This document shows, piece after piece, positions 37,513 through 44,516 of a stretch of 44,516 nt of DNA. Source of the DNA: Blastomonas sp. (GTDB lineage Bacteria; Pseudomonadota; Alphaproteobacteria; Sphingomonadales; Sphingomonadaceae); assembly GCF_041747255.1 (NCBI RefSeq), contig NZ_JBGTFM010000154.1:1-44516 (forward strand). The letters run 5' to 3'. Each line of letters starts with the position of its first letter. The stretch's first letter is position 1. The notes under the pieces were generated by a model that had not been told where the DNA came from, did no database searches, and was given only the letters and a program-made list of their open reading frames with translations. Made by a program: the position numbers and the translations under genes.

Positions 37513-38552
37513 TTTCCTCCGACCGGCACCACGGTCACTTCGTTACCCCGTGCGACACGCACCACTGGCCCGGTGCGGACAACAGCAGCGCCGACATTGC
37601 CGCTGGAGACGTTGCCGCTGGCGACGTTTGTTGCAGGCGCTGGTTGTGCGCTTGCTCCGCCACCACGATTGTTCTGCGGGGGCACTGTGCTGCGCTGAAA
37701 GCGCGAGACATCGCCCCCGGTGACATAGGAGACATCGGTATCGACCGGACTGGTCGCGAGCGCCTTGATGAAGCGGTCCTCGGTCCGGCGGTCAGCGCCT
37801 TCGGGCAGTTTGACGTCGCCTGCGGCGATCGACCGCTCAAGCTCTGCTTCGTTGTCGGCAATTGAGCGCAGTGACAGGCTGAGCGTGCCAATGGTTTGCG
37901 CCACGGCGATTTTTTCTGCCATCTTGGGCGTCGCTTCGACAGTAACGGTGGTAAAGGCGATGACCTCGGTCTTGCCTTCTGCGTTCTCGGCATCAATGCG
38001 CTGGTCGGTAGCCAACACGCGCAGATTGCGGATGATCGTTTCGGATGCCTTGAGCGCCGAGCCGTCGCCTTCAACCGACTGGGTCAGCACAAGGTCGACC
38101 CGGTCACCCGGGAACACAAAACCGGCAACGCCGGTGCGCGCCGAAACCGGCACGGTGACCGCGCGCATTCCGGGGCCGAGCGCTGCGGCGAGGAAGCCGC
38201 GATCGCCCGGTTTGACCAGCGAGCCTTGCGTCACCGGCTGACCCGCCGTGATCGGATTGCGCACGACGGTGCCCAGCAGCGTGTCGATCCGCGATGCATC
38301 TTCAAGGAAATAGGCGTTGGAAACAAGCTTGGCCGGCCAAGGCTGAAAGGCCACGCTGTCGGGCGTGATGATCGTGCCCACCGGCAATGACCGGTTTGCG
38401 ACCAGAACGCGCGGGCCTTTGGGCTCTGCGACCTGCTGGGCTGCGGTTACCTCTGGCGTGGCTGACCCTGTGAACAGGCTGCGCGCCAGAAAGGCAGTGG
38501 TCAGCGCGACCAGCAACGCTCCAACGAGGAGGATGACTTTCCTTCTATCCAT
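37509..38552 (-). CDS. cpaB: Flp pilus assembly protein CpaB/RcpC
   Basis: SAF-like region, PGMRAVTVPV, AGFVFPGDRVDL and RVLATDQ motifs. Confidence 0.92.
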   Translation of the reverse strand: MDRRKVILLVGALLVALTTAFLARSLFTGSATPEVTAAQQVAEPKGPRVLVANRSLPVGTIITPDSVAFQPWPAKLVSNAYFLEDASRIDTLLGTVVRNPITAGQPVTQGSLVKPGDRGFLAAALGPGMRAVTVPVSARTGVAGFVFPGDRVDLVLTQSVEGDGSALKASETIIRNLRVLATDQRIDAENAEGKTEVIAFTTVTVEATPKMAEKIAVAQTIGTLSLSLRSIADNEAELERSIAAGDVKLPEGADRRTEDRFIKALATSPVDTDVSYVTGGDVSRFQRSTVPPQNNRGGGASAQPAPATNVASGNVSSGNVGAAVVRTGPVVRVARGNEVTVVPVGGK

Positions 38553-38593
38553 GACGCCCGAGGTCCCTAATTTCCTGCTTGATGTTCACGTTT

Positions 38594-39064
38594 TCATGCA
38601 AAATGGTTAAAAAACCGTTCGCCAACCACCCAAAGCCCCGCTGCGGCGATGGCGATGCCGTAGGGAACCTCCGGGCGCCCTTCCAAGCGGCGGATTTTGT
38701 GCAACGCGACGATCACCAAGGTAAGCACTGCGCCGACCAGCGACATGATGATCACGATTTTCAGCATCGTCATCCAATGGAACCACAAAGCCAGCGCGCC
38801 GAGCAGCTTGACATCGCCGCCACCCATCGCGCCGATGGCAAAAACCAGAGCAAACACGATGAAAACACCAAGGCCCAGCGCCAGCTGCATCGCCATATCG
38901 GGCCAGACGGCGAGGCCAGATGCATACCAGAACAGCGGCGCGGCAAGCGCGATGCCGATGTTCAGCCAGTCTTCGATCTCGCGGCGCACCACATCGGTAT
39001 AGACCGCGTGCAACAGCGCGATTGCCAAGGCCCCCAGCAGACCGTAGACGAACAGATCATTCAT
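38594..39064 (-). CDS. cpaA: Prepilin peptidase CpaA/TadV (A24)
   Basis: TD...REI, MGGGDVKL and VPYGIAI motifs. Start trimmed to ATG 39064. Confidence 0.9.
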   Translation of the reverse strand: MNDLFVYGLLGALAIALLHAVYTDVVRREIEDWLNIGIALAAPLFWYASGLAVWPDMAMQLALGLGVFIVFALVFAIGAMGGGDVKLLGALALWFHWMTMLKIVIIMSLVGAVLTLVIVALHKIRRLEGRPEVPYGIAIAAAGLWVVGERFFNHFA

Positions 39065-39084
39065 GGGGCAGAGCGTTAGCGCGG

Positions 39085-40080
39085 ATGACTTACCAAAAAG
39101 TAACCATAGATCGCCGCAGAATTCCTGACGATGCGGTCGAAACAATCTGGCACACTGCTGATGGCTGGCCGATCCGCAAAATCGATATGGCGGCAGGCGG
39201 GGTAACCGGCGGCACGGTGCGCGGGTCGATGCTGTTTTTGCCCGGACGCGGTGACATTTACGAAAAATATCTGGAGACCCTCGCCCACTGGCAGGCGCAG
39301 GGCTGGAATGTCTCTGCGGCCGACTGGCGCGGGCAGGGCGGGTCGGGGCGATTGTCCGATCACCAGTTTGTCGGCCATATCGATGATTTTTCGACCTGGA
39401 TCGACGACATCAGCGCGCTGTGGCGCGCGTGGCAGACACAGACGCCGGCGCCACACGTCATCATCGGCCATTCGATGGGTGGCCATCTTATCGCGCGCGC
39501 GATCATCGAAAAGCGGATAGATCCCGTGGCCGCCGTGCTCAGCGCGCCGATGCTGGGCCTAAAGGGGCTGGGTCTGCCCGCGAGCTTTGGTCATGCCGTA
39601 ACCCGCGTCATGCGTGGGCTGGGCAAGGCCGAACGCCCGGCGTGGAAGGTCAGCGAGAAACCGGCATCGCCGCTTGCTATCCGCCAGACTTTGCTGACCC
39701 ATGACAATGACCGCTACGCCGATGAGCTGGACTGGTGGGCACAGCGACCCAATCTGGTGATGGGCCCGGCGAGCTGGCACTGGGTCGAGCGCGCCTATGA
39801 TTCGACACGGCGCACCAATGCTCCCGGCCAGTGGGAATCGGTGACCGTACCGACGCTGCTGATCGGCACCCGCGCTGACCAGCTGGTCGACAATGACGCG
39901 ATCATCGATGCAGCCGCGCGCATTCCGGATAGCGAATTGCTCGTCTTCGGCCGCGAGGCACGGCACGAGGTGCTGCGTGAGGTTGATTCGGTGCGCGACA
40001 AGGTGCTGCAGACGATTGACGCGTTTTTGGCGCGCAAGGTGCCCGCACCGCTTGCCGAAGGGACCGGGGCGCTCGCCTGA
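39085..40080 (+). CDS. Alpha/beta hydrolase, lysophospholipase PldB-like
   Basis: PGRGDIYEKY, DWRGQGGS, GHSMGG nucleophile elbow and ARHE. Start placed at ATG 39085. Confidence 0.88.
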   Translation: MTYQKVTIDRRRIPDDAVETIWHTADGWPIRKIDMAAGGVTGGTVRGSMLFLPGRGDIYEKYLETLAHWQAQGWNVSAADWRGQGGSGRLSDHQFVGHIDDFSTWIDDISALWRAWQTQTPAPHVIIGHSMGGHLIARAIIEKRIDPVAAVLSAPMLGLKGLGLPASFGHAVTRVMRGLGKAERPAWKVSEKPASPLAIRQTLLTHDNDRYADELDWWAQRPNLVMGPASWHWVERAYDSTRRTNAPGQWESVTVPTLLIGTRADQLVDNDAIIDAAARIPDSELLVFGREARHEVLREVDSVRDKVLQTIDAFLARKVPAPLAEGTGALA

Positions 40081-41192
40081 TGGCTGACTATGATGTGGTT
40101 ATCATCGGCGGCGGCATCGCCGGAGCCAGCCTGGCTGCGGAAATCGCGCACCACTGCCGGGTGCTGATTGTCGAGGCGGAGGATCGGCCAGGCTATCACG
40201 CGACGGGCCGATCTGCCGCATTCTGGGCGGAAAGCTACGGCGGACCCAAGGTCCAGCCGCTGACAACCGCATCGGGACCATGGCTGGCATCGCCGCCGCC
40301 CGGCTTTGGCGAGAAAAGCTTCCTCAGCCGCCGTGGGTCACTTACGCTGGCCAGAGCTGACGAGGCCCATCTGCTCGAAGCGTTCGTCGCGGACTTCGCG
40401 CACAGCGGGGTGCGGATGGACTCGCTCGACCGGGCCGCGCTTGAGGCGCAGGTGCCGGGGCTTGCGGCGGACATTGTGGCAGGCGTGTTTGAGCCAGATT
40501 GCCAGGATATCGATGTCGGCGGCCTGCATCAGGCCTATCTGGCGTTTGCAAGGCGCGCAGGCGCAGGCGTTGCCTTGCGCGCGCCGCTGGTGTCGGCACG
40601 TGCGACATCGCAGGGCTGGTCGCTCGTCATTGGCGAGAACACCGTGACCACCCGGCGGCTGGTCAATGCCGCAGGGGCCTGGGCGGACGCTGTCGCGCAC
40701 ATCGCTGGCGTGCAGCCTTTGGGGGTGCAGCCGTACCGGCGCACCGTCGTACAGTTGCGCACCAGCCCCGCGCCGCCGGTTGATCTGCCGCTGACACTGG
40801 GGGTGAAGGGCGATTATTATTTCAAGCCAGAGGCCGGGAGGTTGTGGCTCAGCCCGCATGACGAAACGCCCGAAAGCGCCGGCGACACTGCGCCCGAAGA
40901 GATCGACATGGCGCTGGCCATCGCGCGCTTCGGCGAGGTGGTGGACTGGCAGATCGAGGCGGTCGAGCATCGCTGGGCCGGGCAGCGCAGCTTTGCGCCC
41001 GACCGGCTGCCGCTGATCGGCTTTGCGCACGACCAGCCGGGTTTCTTCTGGTTTGCAGGTCAGGGCGGCTTCGGCATCCAGACTGCGCCCGCTGCCGCAA
41101 AACTGGGCGCAGCAATTCTGCTCGGCCTGACGCCCGGTGCGATGCTGCGCGCGGTTGATGGGCAATTGTATGATCCTGCGAGGTTCGCTTGA
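40080..41192 (+). CDS. FAD-dependent oxidoreductase (DAO/DadA family)
   Basis: IIGGGIAG, ATGRSAA, NAAGAW, WAG.R.F.PD.LP.IG and GQGGFG motifs; TGATG coupling to the hydrolase. Confidence 0.9.
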   Translation: MADYDVVIIGGGIAGASLAAEIAHHCRVLIVEAEDRPGYHATGRSAAFWAESYGGPKVQPLTTASGPWLASPPPGFGEKSFLSRRGSLTLARADEAHLLEAFVADFAHSGVRMDSLDRAALEAQVPGLAADIVAGVFEPDCQDIDVGGLHQAYLAFARRAGAGVALRAPLVSARATSQGWSLVIGENTVTTRRLVNAAGAWADAVAHIAGVQPLGVQPYRRTVVQLRTSPAPPVDLPLTLGVKGDYYFKPEAGRLWLSPHDETPESAGDTAPEEIDMALAIARFGEVVDWQIEAVEHRWAGQRSFAPDRLPLIGFAHDQPGFFWFAGQGGFGIQTAPAAAKLGAAILLGLTPGAMLRAVDGQLYDPARFA

Positions 41193-41200
41193 ACGGGCTT

Positions 41201-41216
41201 TGCAACCGTTATGCCA
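41201..41216 (-). promoter_or_regulatory. Putative sigma54 -24/-12 promoter, antisense to the FAD oxidoreductase
   Basis: Minus strand TGGCAT-AACGG-TTGCA matches TGGCAY-N5-TTGCW. Confidence 0.45.
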
Positions 41217-41316
41217 GCAAGCCATCGGCGGTGAATGCTATTGAATCGATCAGGAAAAACGGGCTGTGCGCACCGACAGAAGACAACAGCTGAGCGCTTC
41301 TGGTTTGTCTGTTTGA

Positions 41317-41342
41317 GCTGTTCTCCGGGGCCGGAGAACAGC
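41317..41342. other. Perfect hairpin downstream of rnhA (no U-tract)
   Basis: GCTGTTCTCCGG-gg-CCGGAGAACAGC. Confidence 0.6.
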
Positions 41343-41354
41343 AAGACTTGCGTA

Positions 41355-41792
41355 TCACCCTCGCGCGACCTCCGCTGCATCACTTGCCAGCCGGTCGGCG
41401 CGGTCGTTTTCCGGGTGGCCGGAATGGCCCTTGACCCAGCGCCAGTCGATCTCGTGCCGGGCGACGGCGGCGATCAGTTCGTGCCACAAATCGGCATTGC
41501 GCACCGGCTTTTTTGATGCAGTTTTCCAGCCGTTGCGCTGCCAGCCATCGACCCAGCGGGTGATGCCGTCTTTCACATAAGTGCTGTCGGTGTGCAGGAT
41601 GACATGGCACGGCTCGATCAACGTTTCGAGCGCGCGGATCGCGGCAAGCATCTCCATGCGGTTGTTGGTGGTATCCGCCTCGCCGCCCGCAATCTCCTTC
41701 TCGTGCTTGCCAAAGCGGATCACTGCGCCCCAGCCGCCCGGGCCAGGGTTGCCCTTGCAGGCACCGTCGGTGAAGATCTCAACCGTTTTCAT
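41355..41792 (-). CDS. rnhA: Ribonuclease HI
   Basis: [24 protein letters not shown] and WVKGHSG..ENDRAD motifs. Confidence 0.97.
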   Translation of the reverse strand: MKTVEIFTDGACKGNPGPGGWGAVIRFGKHEKEIAGGEADTTNNRMEMLAAIRALETLIEPCHVILHTDSTYVKDGITRWVDGWQRNGWKTASKKPVRNADLWHELIAAVARHEIDWRWVKGHSGHPENDRADRLASDAAEVARG

Positions 41793-41828
41793 AGGATGTC
41801 CGCAACCCGTTTGTTGTTCTGTGCGCGA

Positions 41829-42800
41829 TCAGTCAAACACATCAGCATGGACTGGGTCCGCATAAAATTGCAACCGCCGGGCAAAGGCCATGGGATCCTT
41901 GCGGGTCACCAGCGCGTCTGGCGGCGTATTAATCCAGTCATAGGCGCGGCTGAGCGTGAAGCGCAAGGCAGCGCCGCGTGCCAAAACGGGAAGGGCGGCT
42001 GTTTCTTCGCCAGTGAGTGCAATTTTACTGCGGTATCCGACGATCAGCGCGTCAGACACGGCCCGGTCAAAGCCGGTGCCATCGCCGTTAAAGCACCAGG
42101 CGCTGTGTGTCACCGCAAGGTCATAGGCGCGGGCATCAGTGCACGAGAAATAGAAATCGATCAGGCCGGTGACCGTATCGCCCAACATCAGCACATTATC
42201 CGGGAACAGATCGGCATGAATCGTCGATTGCGGCAAATCGACAGGCCAGTGCGCATCCAGCCAATCGAGTTCGGATTGCACCAGCTGGCCGAGCGCAGGG
42301 TCGATCTTGTGCCACTGCCCGTCACAGCGCGCGGCCAGATCATGCCAGGCCGCCTTGCCCATGCTATTGGCCCGGATGAGCGTGAAATCCTCCAACGCTA
42401 GGTGCATCTCGGCCAGTGCCTCGCCTGCCGCGTGCGCCTGCACCGGGCTGGGGCTGGTCAGCGATACGCCTTCGAGAAACTCAATCAGACAGGCGGGGCG
42501 TCCGGCGAGATCCCTGATCTGATGCCCGTCGCGATTGGCAATCGCGCGCGGCACGCGGCAGCCGCGCGCCGCCAGATGATCGAGCAGCGCCATGAAAAAC
42601 GGCAGGTCACCGGCATCGACGCGCTTTTCGTAAAGCGTCAGGATGAAGCGGTGGCCATCTGCGCCACCGCGCGTTTCGACCAGATAATTGCTGTTCTCGA
42701 CGCCCTCGGCAATGCCCTTGAAGCTGATCAGCTCGCCGGTCTGATAGTCATCGAGAAACCGCGCCATCAGCTCGGCGCTGACTTGCGTGTAGACCGCCAT
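41829..42800 (-). CDS. thrB: Homoserine kinase (type II, APH-like)
   Basis: MAVYT, GIAEGVENSNY, ILTLYEKR, HADLFPDN and IDFYF motifs; ispH-thrB-rnhA synteny. Confidence 0.94.
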   Translation of the reverse strand: MAVYTQVSAELMARFLDDYQTGELISFKGIAEGVENSNYLVETRGGADGHRFILTLYEKRVDAGDLPFFMALLDHLAARGCRVPRAIANRDGHQIRDLAGRPACLIEFLEGVSLTSPSPVQAHAAGEALAEMHLALEDFTLIRANSMGKAAWHDLAARCDGQWHKIDPALGQLVQSELDWLDAHWPVDLPQSTIHADLFPDNVLMLGDTVTGLIDFYFSCTDARAYDLAVTHSAWCFNGDGTGFDRAVSDALIVGYRSKIALTGEETAALPVLARGAALRFTLSRAYDWINTPPDALVTRKDPMAFARRLQFYADPVHADVFD

Positions 42801-43783
42801 CAGGCAGCGTCGGCCTGCTCGGTCAGCCCGCGCGGCAGCTTGAAGGTGATGCGTTCATCGACGGTGCGCACTGTCTCTTCGATCACATCAAAGCGATGTG
42901 AAAGCAGATCGATGACCTCACGCACCAGCACTTCGGGCGCGGATGCACCGGCGGTCAGCCCCAAGGTGGTCACGCCGTCAAGCCAGCCCAGCTCGATTTC
43001 CTGTGCGCGCTGGATCAGCCGCGACCGGGTGCCGTGACGCTCTGCCACCTCGACCAGTCGCAGCGAATTAGAGCTGTTGGGTGCGCCGATGACCAGCACG
43101 AGGTCGCACGACGAGGCCATGGCCTTCACCGCCGCCTGCCGGTTCGATGTCGCATAGCAGATGTCCTCGGCCTTGGGGCCGACGATGCGGGGGAAGCGTT
43201 TGCGCAGCGCGACAACGATTTCGGCAGTGTCATCGACCGACAGCGTGGTCTGGGTCAAAAAGGCGAGGTTGCTCTCGTCATCAGGTTGCAACGTGCCAAC
43301 ATCGTCAACTGTCTCGACAAGCGTCATGTGGCCCGGCGCGACCTGGCCAAAGGTACCGATCACCTCCGGATGCCCCCGGTGGCCGATGAAGATGATATGC
43401 CGTCCCGCCTCGACCTGGCGTTCGGCCTGGCGATGCACCTTGGAGACAAGCGGGCAGGTCGCATCGAGATAGTTCAGCCCGCGCTCGGCGGCCTCGTGCG
43501 GCACCGCCTTGGGCACGCCGTGCGCCGAAAACACCACCGGCACGCCATCGGGCACCTCATCAAGCTCCTCGACAAAAACTGCGCCCTTTTCCTTCAGGCT
43601 GTCGACGACATATTTGTTGTGGACGATCTCGTGCCGGACATAGACCGGCGCGCCATATTTGTGCAGCGACAGCTCGACAATTTCGATGGCGCGGTCCACG
43701 CCTGCACAAAATCCGCGCGGTGCGGCGATTTTGACCAGCAGGGGGGGCTTGACCTGCAACGGGTGGCGGGCGGTTTCGCTCAT
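42800..43783 (-). CDS. ispH: 4-hydroxy-3-methylbut-2-enyl diphosphate reductase
   Basis: [43 protein letters not shown] and TAGASAP motifs. Start trimmed to ATG 43783. Confidence 0.96.
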   Translation of the reverse strand: MSETARHPLQVKPPLLVKIAAPRGFCAGVDRAIEIVELSLHKYGAPVYVRHEIVHNKYVVDSLKEKGAVFVEELDEVPDGVPVVFSAHGVPKAVPHEAAERGLNYLDATCPLVSKVHRQAERQVEAGRHIIFIGHRGHPEVIGTFGQVAPGHMTLVETVDDVGTLQPDDESNLAFLTQTTLSVDDTAEIVVALRKRFPRIVGPKAEDICYATSNRQAAVKAMASSCDLVLVIGAPNSSNSLRLVEVAERHGTRSRLIQRAQEIELGWLDGVTTLGLTAGASAPEVLVREVIDLLSHRFDVIEETVRTVDERITFKLPRGLTEQADAA

Positions 43784-43935
43784 GTTCAGCTTCGCTTTCC
43801 TAGTTCTTGTCCCGGTCTTAGGCGATGCGACGGCGTGAGGGAAGTATTTCAACTTGCCCCGATGCTGACGACAGGCCCCGCGCGCGAAATCAGGCCGTTG
43901 CGCTTGGCCGGTCTGGCCGATAAGGAGCGTTGGAT

Positions 43936-44516
43936 ATGACATTCAAGGATTTCCGCCCAGCCATGGCCCATCTGCCCAAAAAACCGACCGTCGTGATGAT
44001 GGGTTCTGCGCTGGCCCTGCTGGCGTTGGGCGGCTGCGCAGAGAAGAACCAGCTGGTCGTGGACTCGGGTGTGGGCGTCACCTCCACCCTCACCGCTTGC
44101 CCGAATGTCGCGATTCCCGCGCACACCGGCGATGTCACCTTGTTCAATCCGGCGAGCAGCCGCGATGCGAGCGCGATCGATGTCGTCGCCACGCTGACCA
44201 ACGTGCGCAGCACCTGTGATGAGACCGGCGCGCAGATCTATTCGACCGCCAGCTTTGATGTGCAGGCGCGGCGCACCGACAATCGCGGCCAGCGCACGGT
44301 CACTCTGCCTTATTTCTCCACCATCGTGCGCGGTGGCACCGCCGTGGTCGCCAAGCGCGTTGGTGCGGTCACGCTGAACTTTGCCGATGGCCAGTATCGC
44401 GCCGAGGCCAAGGGCACCGGGGCTGGCTATATCGAAAAGTCCGCTGCGACGTTGCCCGAGGACATCCGTGAGCGCATCACCCGCCGCCGCAAGACCGGCG
44501 ATCCTGACGCTGCGGT
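43936..44516 (+). CDS. Hypothetical lipoprotein, partial (runs off window)
   Basis: AAGGAG RBS before ATG 43936; hydrophobic stretch ending in LGGC lipobox; frame is open to the window end ([16 protein letters not shown]...[11 protein letters not shown]). Confidence 0.75.
   Translation, partial: MTFKDFRPAMAHLPKKPTVVMMGSALALLALGGCAEKNQLVVDSGVGVTSTLTACPNVAIPAHTGDVTLFNPASSRDASAIDVVATLTNVRSTCDETGAQIYSTASFDVQARRTDNRGQRTVTLPYFSTIVRGGTAVVAKRVGAVTLNFADGQYRAEAKGTGAGYIEKSAATLPEDIRERITRRRKTGDPDAA

Noticed and set aside
40338-41225. 295-aa minus-strand ORF near the sigma54-like motif
   Set aside because: Fully antisense to the FAD oxidoreductase with shadow-like composition and no recognisable domain.
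41355-43783. ispH-thrB-rnhA juxtaposition of unrelated functions
   Set aside because: Commonly conserved gene order in Alphaproteobacteria.

Overview
GC-rich alphaproteobacterial chromosome segment, most likely Sphingomonadales (inferred from gene order, the sphingomonad-type TonB receptors and the absence of lpxC after ftsZ). Bases 1-19.5 kb hold a dcw cell-division operon (partial ftsL-position gene, ftsI, murE, murF, mraY, murD, ftsW, murG, murC, murB, ddl, ftsQ, ftsA, ftsZ), followed by a TPR-linker-SPOR protein. Bases 19.7-31.8 kb are a variable block: a TonB-dependent receptor, an ABC1/UbiB kinase, an uncharacterised radical SAM enzyme coupled to a bile-acid:Na+ symporter-family gene, a glutaminase, an AT-rich two-gene insert (59-aa basic peptide plus 210-aa TIR/nucleoside-deoxyribosyltransferase-like protein), a CaiB/AMACR-family enzyme and a second TonB receptor. 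Bases 31.8-39.1 kb are a Tad/Cpa pilus cluster with no ATPase or pilin gene. Bases 39.1-44.5 kb carry a PldB-like hydrolase, an FAD oxidoreductase, rnhA-thrB-ispH and a partial lipoprotein gene. The best candidates for something new are (1) the AT-rich peptide + TIR/NDT-like module, a possible defence or toxin-antitoxin system, and (2) palindromic CIR/RIME-like elements inside the essential dcw operon that appear to be absorbed into its translational coupling (a repeat-encoded bridging ORF between murE and murF, and repeat-derived termini on MurB and Ddl). No rRNA, tRNA, CRISPR array or transposase was seen. All family assignments come from motif recognition, not database searches.
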